Assembly (NCBI GenBank): GCA_937952265.1
Contig: CALFYW010000016.1
Location: 398,661 to 462,660, forward strand
Length of the DNA stretch: 64,000 nucleotides
Direction: 5' to 3'
Origin: an uncultured bacterium
GTDB lineage: Bacteria > Patescibacteriota > Minisyncoccia > Phycocordibacterales > GCA-2401445
The notes under the pieces are model-generated. The model saw nothing but the letters and a program-made list of their open reading frames with translations, was not told the DNA's origin and did not search any database. Position 1 is the stretch's first letter, and each line of letters opens with the position of its first letter. Below, piece by piece: positions 48,254 to 58,475 of the stretch. Position numbers and translations under genes: made by a program.

Positions 48254-49216
48254 ATGAAAATTTCGATAGTTACTCCACTGTTTAACGAAGAGGAAAGTGT
48301 AGCTCCTTTCTTAAGGGAGTTACGAAGCGTACTAAAGAAGACGGGTCTGGCGTATCAAGTGGTTGCGATCGATGATGGTTCAACTGATAAAACCTATGAT
48401 GAAATGTCTGCTTTCTCCTCTCGTTTTCCTGAGTTATTGATTATTAGATTCAGTCGTAATTTCGGGCAAACCGCGGCATTATCAGCGGGATTAAAGCACG
48501 CAGAGGGAGAGGTAATAATTACGATTGATAGTGATCTTGAAAATGATCCTCACGATATCAATAAGTTGGTCGACAAGATCAAAGAGGGGTTTGATGTTGT
48601 TTCCGGTTGGCGCAAAAGTCGATGGGAAGGTCACACTTTTTCTCGAAAGATTCCTTCTTTAGTTGCTAACTGGCTGATTTCAAAAATTGGAGGAGTACCG
48701 CTTCACGATTACGGCTGCACACTAAAAGCATATCGTCGTAGCGTAATTGAGGGGCTTTCTTTGTATGGCGACATGCACCGTTTTATTCCTATTTATGTAC
48801 ACGGGAGGGGTGCACGTATTACCGAGATTCCGGTAGCACATCGGTCGAGGCGCTTCGGAAAAAGCAAATACGGCATATCGAGAACATTCCGTGTACTCCT
48901 AGATCTTTTCTTTATTAAATTCTTTACGGGTTACCTCAATCGGCCGATCCACTTTTTTGGTGGTATCGGACTTATTTGTTTACTCCTTGGTACTATTGCT
49001 GGAGTATGGTCAATTGCTTTAAAAATTTTGGCGTTGCGAACTTTTGTCTCCACCCCACTTCCTACCTTTGCGGCTCTTTTTCTCATTATTGGAGTACAAC
49101 TTATCATTATGGGTATCTTGGCAGAAATGATGATGCGTACCTATTATGAATCACAACAGAAAACCCCTTACGTGATTCGAGAAAAAATTTCTCAGGGTCG
49201 TATCGTAGAATCATAA
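48254..49216 (+). CDS. GT2 polyprenyl-phosphate glycosyltransferase (GtrB/ArnC/DPM1-like) with C-terminal TM helices.
   Basis: ISIVTPLFNEEESV...AIDDGSTD...TIDSDLENDP (DxD). Two C-terminal TM segments. Confidence 0.8.
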   Translation: MKISIVTPLFNEEESVAPFLRELRSVLKKTGLAYQVVAIDDGSTDKTYDEMSAFSSRFPELLIIRFSRNFGQTAALSAGLKHAEGEVIITIDSDLENDPHDINKLVDKIKEGFDVVSGWRKSRWEGHTFSRKIPSLVANWLISKIGGVPLHDYGCTLKAYRRSVIEGLSLYGDMHRFIPIYVHGRGARITEIPVAHRSRRFGKSKYGISRTFRVLLDLFFIKFFTGYLNRPIHFFGGIGLICLLLGTIAGVWSIALKILALRTFVSTPLPTFAALFLIIGVQLIIMGILAEMMMRTYYESQQKTPYVIREKISQGRIVES

Positions 49217-49218
49217 TT

Positions 49219-51105
49219 ATGTGTGGCATTGCAGGATTTGTTGGAAGTGGAAATCAAGCTGATCTTAACTTGATGCTAAAGCGTATTGCGCATCGGGGTC
49301 CTGATAGTGAGGGAAAATTCACCCGGGGGAATGTGTTCTTTGGCCACCGGCGTTTATCGATCATTGATTTGAGTAGCGCGGGAAACCAACCTATGTGGAA
49401 TGAGGAGGGAAATATCGCGCTTATTTTTAATGGTGAGATCTATAATTTTCAGGAATTACGGAAAGAGCTTCTTGCTACTCGGCGGCATACGTTTCAGAGT
49501 AATACTGACACCGAGGTGATCATCCATCTTTATGAAGATCTTGGAGTTCAGTGTTTTAAGAAGCTCTCAGGGATGTTTGCATTAGCGATTTATGATTTTC
49601 GATCTAATCGTTTAATATTGGCTCGAGATCGAATTGGCAAGAAACCTCTTTATTGGTCGCGACAAGGAGATACGATCATTTTTGCGTCAGAACTTAAATC
49701 AATACTTGCGCACCAGTTAATCCCTAAAGCGATTGATCCAATGATGCTCAATCAGTATCTTCAATATGACTATGTGCCGACCCCATATACGATGGTTCAA
49801 GGAGTGAGGAAGCTTTTAGCCGGAAACTACCTTCTCTGGGATGGGAAGAAACACAGCCTCCATTCATTTTGGGAGCAATCATTTCTACCTAAGCACTCTG
49901 AAGAGTCAATCGAGGCAACACTTTCTCAGCTTAACAAGCACCTCACCAAGAGTGTTTCAGAGAGGCTGGTTGCTGATGTACCGGTGGGAGTCTTTCTAAG
50001 TGGTGGGTTGGATAGCGCGGTTATGGCATACTATGCGTCTATCTTACAACCTTCTTCAGTACGGACATTTTCTGTTGGATTTCGAGAGAAGACTTTTGAT
50101 GAATCAAGTTATGCACGCATGGTAGCAGAATATTTAAATACCGATCATACCGAGCGTTATGTGACTGTTCAGGATATGCTCGATGCAACACTTAGTATTA
50201 CCGATTTTCTCGATGACCCTATTGCTGATACCTCAATTATTCCAACGTATTTATTATCTAAGTTTGCCCGTGAGTCAGTCACGGTTGTACAGAGTGGTGA
50301 TGGCGGAGATGAGCTCTTCGCGGGGTACCCTACTTTTTTTGCGGAGTTTTTTGCACGTTTCTATGAGAAGGTCCCCCGCGCAATCCATCATCATGTAGTT
50401 CGTCGAATAACTCAGTTATTCCTCTCTCCGCACGATAAGTACTTTAGTCTCGAATTCAAAGTTAAAAAGTTCTTAGAAGGATTTGAAGATATGAGACATC
50501 GTCGACATGCTATCTGGCTCGGTAGCCACTCAAGGGATAGTAGATCAAACCTATTATCTGAATCGTTATGGAGTGAGGTTGGAGGAGAAAATGAATTTGC
50601 GTTAGTTGATGCTTTTTTTGAACGTTTTAGGAATGAGGATTCGCTCAGTCAACTTCTTGCTTTCTATCAGCGATTTTATTTGATGGATCAGGTTTTGGTA
50701 AAGGTGGATCGCGCAAGTATGGCGCACGGATTAGAAGTTCGATCTCCTTTTCTTTCCTATGAACTCGTTGATTATGTCAACCGCATGCCTTCAGATCTAA
50801 AGTATCGGATGTTTACCTCAAAGTGGATTTTGAAGAGGTTGATGCATGGGAAGCTTCCACCTCAAATTATCAATCGAAAGAAACAAGGGTTTGCAACACC
50901 GCTTTCTCTATGGTTTAAAAATGAACTCAAGGGATTTATCTCAGAGGTTCTACTTTCCTCAGGGGTGAAGCAGGACGGTTTCTTTAACACGGTATACATT
51001 GAACGCTTAATTCATGAGCATGTCTCCGGGAAAGAAAACCATACCAAAAGGATCTGGTCTTTATTGGTATTCGAACTTTGGAAGAACCGGTGGCTTAAGC
51101 GTTAA
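49219..51105 (+). CDS. asnB: Asparagine synthetase (glutamine-hydrolysing) AsnB-family amidotransferase.
   Basis: N-terminal MCGIAG nucleophile. PP-loop SGGLDS. Confidence 0.85.
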   Translation: MCGIAGFVGSGNQADLNLMLKRIAHRGPDSEGKFTRGNVFFGHRRLSIIDLSSAGNQPMWNEEGNIALIFNGEIYNFQELRKELLATRRHTFQSNTDTEVIIHLYEDLGVQCFKKLSGMFALAIYDFRSNRLILARDRIGKKPLYWSRQGDTIIFASELKSILAHQLIPKAIDPMMLNQYLQYDYVPTPYTMVQGVRKLLAGNYLLWDGKKHSLHSFWEQSFLPKHSEESIEATLSQLNKHLTKSVSERLVADVPVGVFLSGGLDSAVMAYYASILQPSSVRTFSVGFREKTFDESSYARMVAEYLNTDHTERYVTVQDMLDATLSITDFLDDPIADTSIIPTYLLSKFARESVTVVQSGDGGDELFAGYPTFFAEFFARFYEKVPRAIHHHVVRRITQLFLSPHDKYFSLEFKVKKFLEGFEDMRHRRHAIWLGSHSRDSRSNLLSESLWSEVGGENEFALVDAFFERFRNEDSLSQLLAFYQRFYLMDQVLVKVDRASMAHGLEVRSPFLSYELVDYVNRMPSDLKYRMFTSKWILKRLMHGKLPPQIINRKKQGFATPLSLWFKNELKGFISEVLLSSGVKQDGFFNTVYIERLIHEHVSGKENHTKRIWSLLVFELWKNRWLKR

Positions 51106-51157
51106 GTGGTATATGTGATATGATGCTTTTTGTTTATTATTGTAACTTTCTTAAACC

Positions 51158-52747
51158 ATGTTTTCTCTATTAAAGGATCGGTCGTGGCGTTTGGCCATCA
51201 TCACTATTTTGGGATTATCGTTTCTCCTGCTTGAAATAGTAATTTTGGTATTATATCGCGAGACATGGTTTGACGAACTACTCTATCTATTTAAAGGAAG
51301 GGCGGCAATTGGAGGTTCTCTTGTTCCTTTCCAGGATATGATCATTGCTCATCCACCGCTTGCGTTCCTTCTTCATGGAATTACCCAGTATATTTGGGGC
51401 CCAAGCATCCTGCTCGGAAGGATCGTATCCTCAATTATTTTTTTTGGTATCTTATGGATTATGTATGTGATCGCAGATCGCTATGCGGGTGCTCTTGCTG
51501 GAGTAGGGGCGCTCTTTTTGATGGTGAGCAATGTTTTTCTAGTAGGGAACTATGTATCAGCTGTTCCGTTTGGGCTTTCGGTTATTTTTATTTTATTGAG
51601 TATCTGGGTTGAGTTATTAAAAATATCTTCTCAAAGAAAAACACTCTTATCAGCTTTCCTTATTGGGCTTGCGGTATTAACACGAATTAACCTATTACCT
51701 GCTGCAATTATGTATGTTCTATTTCTTGCGGTAACTCGTCGTGGTTGGAGGGAAATAGGGTCTTTCAGTATTGTGTTTGTGGTAATACTCTTTTTAGGAT
51801 TCACCCCTTTTCTTTTGTTGGATTTTTCACTTGCGATAAGTGTTATTCTGGCGCCATTTGTGAGTATCGGACTTCTTTCATCACTTCCATCATCGGTGAA
51901 AGCCGATGGATTTTCCTTTTCAGAATTTTTACCAACCATCGTTTCCTTTGTTCGGGAATATGATTTAACACTGCTCCTGTTCTTTGCGGTGACAAGTCTC
52001 CTCTTATTTTCGGTTTGGAATACGCGGGATCGTTTTCTTAAGACTGAGCCAGTATACGTACTCTTGCTCATGATAGGGACTGGGCTTTTTATACCACACT
52101 ATTTTTATTGGAAAATTAGCGGAAGCTTAGTTTACGCGAATTATTTCTTCCCATTTTTGATCCTCGCGATTGTGATTGGAATATTCCGATTTTTTCCAGA
52201 GAAAAAAGTTTTAATTGTCTTTCTGGTTGGGGTGATTAGTCTGAATTTCTTAGGAAATATGTTTCGGACCGATATCATTTCTCACCCAAATGATGAGACT
52301 GATCTCGAACGAATTAATCGTGGAGCAATGCTTCTAAAGAAACATACCAATCCCGAGGATTTAATCATCGCTTTCGATAATTCAATTTTCCACGTGTTTG
52401 CTGCGGATCGGGTCACCAAAGGTCCCTTGCTTAACAGAAATTTTATGTTTGTGGGTTTGCCGGATACATCATTAGTAAATCGGATTCTCCATTATAATCC
52501 TGAAATACTCCTCACGTGGATCGACAACGCGGATTATGTTGTACTTCATGAAGAAAAATGGCCGTGGACATTTCGTAGAACATTTCGATCAGTAGATGGT
52601 TATGACAGTGAAGCATTTATCCATCAAGTTGAGCGGCTGTTAAATGATCGGTATGTTTTGGAAGATCGTGCGTTTAATGTATATCCACGGAAATATACTG
52701 AGGGAAATGATGGAGGTACCCTTCTTTTATACCGTCGCATTAAGTGA
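51158..52747 (+). CDS. Polytopic membrane protein, GT-C fold glycosyltransferase-like (ArnT/PMT family-like).
   Basis: 529 aa with ~11 TM segments. Lies immediately after the GtrB-like polyprenyl-P-sugar synthase; the pairing suggests a lipid-linked sugar acceptor transferase. Confidence 0.45.
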   Translation: MFSLLKDRSWRLAIITILGLSFLLLEIVILVLYRETWFDELLYLFKGRAAIGGSLVPFQDMIIAHPPLAFLLHGITQYIWGPSILLGRIVSSIIFFGILWIMYVIADRYAGALAGVGALFLMVSNVFLVGNYVSAVPFGLSVIFILLSIWVELLKISSQRKTLLSAFLIGLAVLTRINLLPAAIMYVLFLAVTRRGWREIGSFSIVFVVILFLGFTPFLLLDFSLAISVILAPFVSIGLLSSLPSSVKADGFSFSEFLPTIVSFVREYDLTLLLFFAVTSLLLFSVWNTRDRFLKTEPVYVLLLMIGTGLFIPHYFYWKISGSLVYANYFFPFLILAIVIGIFRFFPEKKVLIVFLVGVISLNFLGNMFRTDIISHPNDETDLERINRGAMLLKKHTNPEDLIIAFDNSIFHVFAADRVTKGPLLNRNFMFVGLPDTSLVNRILHYNPEILLTWIDNADYVVLHEEKWPWTFRRTFRSVDGYDSEAFIHQVERLLNDRYVLEDRAFNVYPRKYTEGNDGGTLLLYRRIK

Positions 52748-52770
52748 TCCTCTAAGGTTATAGTTAATAT

Positions 52771-53943
52771 ATGCGAATTTTAATCATTGCACCGACACCT
52801 TTTTTTTCACATCGAGGATGTCATATAAGAATTTTTGAAGAAGCACGAGCACTGCTTGAACGGGGTCATTCGGTTGAAGTAGTAACGTACCATATCGGTG
52901 AAGATCTTCCGGATATTTCTATAAAGAGGATCCCTAATTTTTTTTGGTATCAGGAAAAAGGAACACATGTAACGTGGCATAAACTTTATTTTGATTTTTT
53001 TCTTCTCCTGCGCGCTTTTTATTCTCTGTTGCGTTTTCGTCCTCATGTCTTACATTGTCATCTCCACGAGGGAGCGCTTATCGGTATTATTTTACGTCTA
53101 ATTACGCGAAAACCGATGGTTTTTGATAGCCAAGGGAGCCTTGTAGCAGAGCTTAAAGAGTTAAAGGCGATCAACCAAAATTCATTTTCGTACCGATTAT
53201 TCTTGTGGATTGAAAAGTTTATTTATTGGCTGAGCCCCATTATCTTAGTAAGTAATGAGGCTAATAGAGTAGAATTGATAACTTCATTTAAGGTACCAGA
53301 GAGGAAGGTAAAATTATTGGAGGACGGCATTTCAATTGCCGATTGCAAGGTTTCGAAATCTACCGCTCAGCGTTTTCGAAAGGAAATTCGTGTTCCCCCC
53401 AGCAAAAAGGTTATTATTTTTGTTGGGGGGTTATATCAAAAAAAAGGAGTAGGGGATATTATTGAGTTAGCGTATGAACTAGCCAAGAAGCGTGATGATC
53501 TCTTCTGGATTATTCGAGGGTTTCCTTATGTCACATGGTACCAAGAAGAGGTAAACAAGAAGCATCTTCAAAGCGTAGTCCATGTTGGTGGAAAAATACC
53601 GTATACTGATCTATGGAGCCTGTTTTCAATTGCCCACTTTGCAATTAGTCTAAAACCTCCAACTGTAGAGGGGAGCGGTAAGCTCTTGCATTATGCGCAG
53701 GCAGGTCTTCCCGTAATTTGCTATGATCAGTTATCCAATCGGTCGATATTAGGCGAGCACGCATTCTATCTTTCTTTTAATTCGTCCATGGAAGAGAATG
53801 CGTCGCATGTAAGTGATTATCTAGATCTTGAACCAGAAATACATAAGGAGAGCGTTAAGGCAATGCAGGAAATGGTGTTGCATACCTATGAGTGGAAACA
53901 AATTATTAAAGAATTAGAACATATCTATGGAGGTCTTATCTAA
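52771..53943 (+). CDS. Glycosyltransferase family 4.
   Basis: MRILIIAPTPFFSHRGCHIRIFEEARAL N-terminus and GGLYQKKGVGDIIELA. Confidence 0.65.
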   Translation: MRILIIAPTPFFSHRGCHIRIFEEARALLERGHSVEVVTYHIGEDLPDISIKRIPNFFWYQEKGTHVTWHKLYFDFFLLLRAFYSLLRFRPHVLHCHLHEGALIGIILRLITRKPMVFDSQGSLVAELKELKAINQNSFSYRLFLWIEKFIYWLSPIILVSNEANRVELITSFKVPERKVKLLEDGISIADCKVSKSTAQRFRKEIRVPPSKKVIIFVGGLYQKKGVGDIIELAYELAKKRDDLFWIIRGFPYVTWYQEEVNKKHLQSVVHVGGKIPYTDLWSLFSIAHFAISLKPPTVEGSGKLLHYAQAGLPVICYDQLSNRSILGEHAFYLSFNSSMEENASHVSDYLDLEPEIHKESVKAMQEMVLHTYEWKQIIKELEHIYGGLI

Positions 53944-54844
53944 ATGCACAATTTGTGGAAGCTCTCGCGTTCGCGAAGTAGGTCGCGGCGGCGATCTCTC
54001 CTTCTCTCATGATGAAATTTTCGTGTTTTCAGTATGCCTCAAGTGTCATGTGTTTTTTCTTTCAACAAGACCCCGAGAAGATGAAGCGTATAAGTTTTAT
54101 GGGGTTGAGTATGACCCATACACCGCATCATACACAAAACTGTCTGAACTCTTTATTCGCTTACGTACCTTGCGAGAACTCGATAGTATCGTTCGTTTCT
54201 TGCCTCCTAGGGACAAGAAGCGGCTGCTTGAAATTGGCTCATCGTGGGGGAAATACCTTCTACTTGCTCGTAATGAACGGAACTTTGAAGTCGTAGGAGT
54301 CGAGATGTCTAACGCAATGTGCCAAAAAGGGCGCGAAGAACACGGACTTCTTATCTATCCGGGAGATCTGCGCAATCAAGATTTTTCTCCTTCAGAATTT
54401 GATGTGGTAGTTATGAACCATGTGTTAGAGCATCTTTATCATCCGAAGGAAACGATAGCAATGATAGCCAAAATTTTAAATAAAAGAGGAGTGCTTCTTT
54501 TGCGAACTCCGGTTGTTGGGACTCTTGAGCAGAAAATTTTTGGAAAGTATTGGCATGCGTATGAATTTCCTCGGCACGTTACACTCTTTAGTGAGAAAAA
54601 CCTAGTTGATTTGCTTGAACAACAGGGATTTGAAATTAAAAAAATCAGATATGAGGGCGTGCCAAATAATTTAATTCTTTCCTTTAAGAATTTTTTTCAA
54701 ATGAAGCTTGGTAGTGGGGTTATTGCAAATTTATTTTCAATCAAGAATCCATTGATGCTCGCACTCTTTTCCCCATTATCTTTTCTGCTTGGTTTTTTTC
54801 ATCAGAGCGGAAGAATTATGATCATTGCTCAAAAACATAAATGA
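53927..54844 (+). CDS. Class I SAM-dependent methyltransferase with an N-terminal Cys-rich (zinc-ribbon-like) segment.
   Basis: CTICGS...CLKCH, then LEIGSSWG...FDVVVMNHVLEHL. Confidence 0.55.
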   Translation: MEVLSKCTICGSSRVREVGRGGDLSFSHDEIFVFSVCLKCHVFFLSTRPREDEAYKFYGVEYDPYTASYTKLSELFIRLRTLRELDSIVRFLPPRDKKRLLEIGSSWGKYLLLARNERNFEVVGVEMSNAMCQKGREEHGLLIYPGDLRNQDFSPSEFDVVVMNHVLEHLYHPKETIAMIAKILNKRGVLLLRTPVVGTLEQKIFGKYWHAYEFPRHVTLFSEKNLVDLLEQQGFEIKKIRYEGVPNNLILSFKNFFQMKLGSGVIANLFSIKNPLMLALFSPLSFLLGFFHQSGRIMIIAQKHK

Positions 54845-55830
54845 GAAAAAAATTTTTCATACTTTTAAAAATCGGAATAAGTTTCTCTCTTATTTATCTT
54901 GTCATCACGAGAATTGATGGGGTTGAGGTGCTCTCTACGCTGCGCTCTGTTCACCCGGGCATTCTCTTACTCGCATTCCTTATTTTTGTAGTTGCCCACT
55001 ATCTTAATACCTTTAAGTGGCAGATTTTACTTAAGGTGCTTTCGATCTCTGAGGATATGGGGAAGTTATTTGAACTCCACCTTATTGGCATCTTTTATAC
55101 CATGTTTCTACCTGGGGGTCAGCTTACCGGAGAAGCAGTCAAGGCATACCGAACAAAAAATCATCTGGGACAGACTGAAAAAATAGTAGCCTCTATTCTC
55201 GTTGATCGTGTTACCGGATTGTTTCCCTTTTTAGTACTTGGGGTGGTCGGAGCATCTTTTTCGTCCGCGCTTCTTCATACAGAAGGTCGAGGCGGAATCT
55301 TTGTTGTTTTTTGGATATCAATAGTGGTTCTTTCATTAGCGGGTATTTTATTTCATAAGAGTTTTCTTCCTATGGTGAGCCGATTACAGAAACTGGCAGC
55401 TCGTCTAAATACCCCTCGCTTCATACGAGGAACCATACATAAAGTTTTGGAAGTAATAAGTGCTTATGCGGGAAAATCATCCGCGCTTTTGGCGGGTCTT
55501 TTGTTTGGTTTTTTGTTTCAAATATTAAATATCCTCGTAGTATATTTTCTGGCGTATTCAATTGGGACTCCAATCTCAATTTTTGATATTATGTGGGTCT
55601 ACTCATTAGTAAGCGTTATTCTTATTTTACCAGTGAGTATTATGGGTTTGGGGCAGCGAGAAGTGAGTTTCATTTTTTTGCTAGGTTTGGTAGGTGTCTC
55701 TGGAGTAGTCGCGACAAGTCTTTCAGTGCTTATCTTTATATTCGCACTCGCACTCGGCGTTCTAGGTGGTATTATTGAGGGGTATCATTGGTGGATTCGC
55801 GATAGAGTCCCTCCCGTTAAAAATGTTTAG
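54841..55830 (+). CDS. Flippase-like membrane protein (UPF0104 / lysyl-PG-synthase TM-region family).
   Basis: 8 TM segments. The N-terminal KIGISFSLIYLVITRID...HYLNTFKWQILLKVL pattern is typical of this family. Confidence 0.55.
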   Translation: MRKKFFILLKIGISFSLIYLVITRIDGVEVLSTLRSVHPGILLLAFLIFVVAHYLNTFKWQILLKVLSISEDMGKLFELHLIGIFYTMFLPGGQLTGEAVKAYRTKNHLGQTEKIVASILVDRVTGLFPFLVLGVVGASFSSALLHTEGRGGIFVVFWISIVVLSLAGILFHKSFLPMVSRLQKLAARLNTPRFIRGTIHKVLEVISAYAGKSSALLAGLLFGFLFQILNILVVYFLAYSIGTPISIFDIMWVYSLVSVILILPVSIMGLGQREVSFIFLLGLVGVSGVVATSLSVLIFIFALALGVLGGIIEGYHWWIRDRVPPVKNV

Positions 55831-55846
55831 TATTATTTAATTTTTT

Positions 55847-56422
55847 ATGAAGAAACTCAATCTTGGTTGTGGTGATTTTAAAAAAGAAGGATTCGTTAAC
55901 CTTGATATCAATCCACATACCCATCCCGACATTGTGTGGGACCTCGACACGTATCCGTACCCATTCGAAGACAAAACGTTCGATCTTATTGAGGCTGACC
56001 ACGTGCTTGAACATGTGAAAGACCCTTTTCGCACGATGCACGAACTTCATCGAATTTTGGGGAATGACAAAGAGTTAATTGTGCGGGTACCACACTTCTC
56101 GCGAGGATTTACGCACGCAGACCATAAGCGTGGGTTTGATGTGGGATTCCCGTTTTATTTCCAGCGGGATTTCCAGGGAGGGTATAGTGGTGTTGAATTT
56201 AAGAGTAGTAGCGTAAAGCTTACTTGGTTTTCTCAGCCATACCTCAAGAGGAGTGTGTTAGGACCTATCTCATTTTATGTTGGGTGGACGTGTGGAAAGA
56301 TATTTGATTTTTTTGCCCAACTTTCTCCCTTCTTTTGTTCACGAGTGTGGTGTTTTTGGGTTGGCGGTTTTGAACAGGTTGAATTCCGTTTTCGAGCAAT
56401 TCACACTTCGGAGGGACGCTAG
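55847..56422 (+). CDS. Class I SAM-dependent methyltransferase (paralog of the gene at 42304).
   Basis: MKKLNLGCGDFKKEGFVNLD...FDLIEADHVLEHV. Confidence 0.6.
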   Translation: MKKLNLGCGDFKKEGFVNLDINPHTHPDIVWDLDTYPYPFEDKTFDLIEADHVLEHVKDPFRTMHELHRILGNDKELIVRVPHFSRGFTHADHKRGFDVGFPFYFQRDFQGGYSGVEFKSSSVKLTWFSQPYLKRSVLGPISFYVGWTCGKIFDFFAQLSPFFCSRVWCFWVGGFEQVEFRFRAIHTSEGR

Positions 56423-56425
56423 AAA

Positions 56426-58417
56426 TTATTTTCTCTTGGTGTGAGAAAATATCTGGACCATTTCATTTTCATAAATTAGTTTTATTGAATCTGTTTCTTT
56501 AATATTTCCTCCAAGGAGTCGCTCTCGTGGGCCGAGATAGAGGTAGTCAAGATGGAAAGAATTTTCAATTGGTAGAGCAGTTTCAGTGTATTCCTGATAT
56601 TGCTCAAGAAGCTTCGTGTGGTCTTCGTCTGAAATATACGGGGGAAGGAATCCTTTATTTGTAAAAATACTTCCTGGTTGCTTTGCACGAAGCATGTCCC
56701 CATATAGGTAACTCAATCCTTCAAATTCATAGCTTGCTGGAGGATAAGTTTCTTCTGTGGCAAAGAAATGAGCAAAGACATCCGAGGTAATCATAAATAG
56801 GTGCGAGATCTCCATAAATCGTTTTGTAATTTCTTCATTTGGAGCGATAGAGGTAAGCCCGTTTGGCGCATAGAGATTGTTGAAAGTGAGGTTAGCAAGA
56901 TAGGTATTTGAAAGAAATGATGGTGTACCAACGACACTTCCTGGCTGGGTGTTTTCATTAAGCCACTTAAAACTCTCAGATTCATATTGTGGAATCATGG
57001 CACGGGCCTTGCTCTCCTCGATAAAATTTTCTTGCGCCATCATTCCTTTGATAAAAAGCAAACCAATAGCGATCCAAAGAAGGAAGATGAGGTATTCGCG
57101 GTGTGATATGTTAAACAGGTATCGAAACCCCCAGAGTATGTAAAGGAGGGTGATAAATCCTGCAATACCAAAAACTCCAAACATGACCACCGTGCTTTCG
57201 GTGGTAATCCCAATAATCGAAAGTGGAATAACCAGGGTGAGAGTGATCAAGGCGCTTTTTTTCTCCGATGGTACTTTACATTTGTGCTGGAGGAAGTAGT
57301 ACGCAAGTACGAAGAATGAAAGTGTTAATACTACTTGTTGTGGTTTTATCCAGTGATCTGGCTGAGGATTAAATCCAGTAATAATTTGGAAATTATAAAT
57401 AACAAATACTGGAAGGAGTAAGCTGGCAAACCACACACCATTATTGCTTTTTGTATTTCGATAAAGGAACAAAAAGAGAATTGCAAGTACCGCATGTTGA
57501 ACATAAAAGAATAAAACTCGAGGGTACCACAATGGTTTATGAGTATGCTCTGGTCCAAGCCTTAGTGCGAGATCTGAATATGAGGGAAGTGCTTGAACCG
57601 CAAAAAAAGAAATCCAGTATGGAATAGAAATCAAAAGTCCCAGCCCGATGATAATCGCGGTGTTTTTTACAACGCTCCATTTTTTTGAAAACGCGGCAAT
57701 CCCGAGCAAAAATACGAGTGCGATTCCAAGGTACGCCACATAATAAAAATAGGTATAAAAAAGAATCCCAAAGGAAATCCCCGCAAGGTAACAAGTGATT
57801 CTTTCATTGCGTTGTATAGTTCGATAGATGAGGTAGAGCGCAAGAATGAAAAAGGGGAGGGTCAGGAGCGGGTCCTCGAATCGATCAAGTGGAAGGTGTT
57901 TTGGTGCAAGGATTAGCTTTGTTAAGAACCATGATTGGTAGTATTCTGAAAAGAGTGGAAAAAAAGCGAGATAGCGGGGTAAGATAATAGAGAACATTGC
58001 AAAAAAAATCGCACCTGTCTTCTGTCTCGTAATTTCAAAAAAGAGCAGATAAAGAAAAAAGAAGGTTGCTATTGGAAAGAGGGCGTCACCTAGCATATTT
58101 GCGATCTGTATGTCCCCAACGAATCGAGCAAAATAACCCGCAATCAGATGGGGTATTGGTGGAAGAAAGTTTGGAGAATCTTGGTATTCCCAAACATTGA
58201 CATCACCCGCAGGCTCTCCATTAATAAATACTTCATTGACCCGTGCGGTGGTAAAGTGTCGTTCATCAAGGTTAACAAGCGTAGGATAGTATTCGATCCC
58301 TCTTTTCGAGAAGCTCTCAAAAAGGATGAAATGGGCAGTTCCATGGAGCAAGAAAATGGCAATGAGTAGGAGAAGCGCAATATGATGCCGGAATATAAAT
58401 GAAGCTAATCTTGACAT
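56426..58417 (-). CDS. Large polytopic membrane protein, GT-C-like (candidate oligosaccharyl/glycosyl transferase). The only minus-strand gene inside the glycan locus.
   Basis: 663 aa. The N-terminal ~450 aa have ~13 TM segments and are followed by a soluble C-terminal domain. Confidence 0.4.
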   Translation of the reverse strand: MSRLASFIFRHHIALLLLIAIFLLHGTAHFILFESFSKRGIEYYPTLVNLDERHFTTARVNEVFINGEPAGDVNVWEYQDSPNFLPPIPHLIAGYFARFVGDIQIANMLGDALFPIATFFFLYLLFFEITRQKTGAIFFAMFSIILPRYLAFFPLFSEYYQSWFLTKLILAPKHLPLDRFEDPLLTLPFFILALYLIYRTIQRNERITCYLAGISFGILFYTYFYYVAYLGIALVFLLGIAAFSKKWSVVKNTAIIIGLGLLISIPYWISFFAVQALPSYSDLALRLGPEHTHKPLWYPRVLFFYVQHAVLAILFLFLYRNTKSNNGVWFASLLLPVFVIYNFQIITGFNPQPDHWIKPQQVVLTLSFFVLAYYFLQHKCKVPSEKKSALITLTLVIPLSIIGITTESTVVMFGVFGIAGFITLLYILWGFRYLFNISHREYLIFLLWIAIGLLFIKGMMAQENFIEESKARAMIPQYESESFKWLNENTQPGSVVGTPSFLSNTYLANLTFNNLYAPNGLTSIAPNEEITKRFMEISHLFMITSDVFAHFFATEETYPPASYEFEGLSYLYGDMLRAKQPGSIFTNKGFLPPYISDEDHTKLLEQYQEYTETALPIENSFHLDYLYLGPRERLLGGNIKETDSIKLIYENEMVQIFSHTKRK

Positions 58418-58475
58418 CTAATTAGTTTTTACGTATAAAAAATACCATGGTAGACGGTTATACTATACTCGGGAT

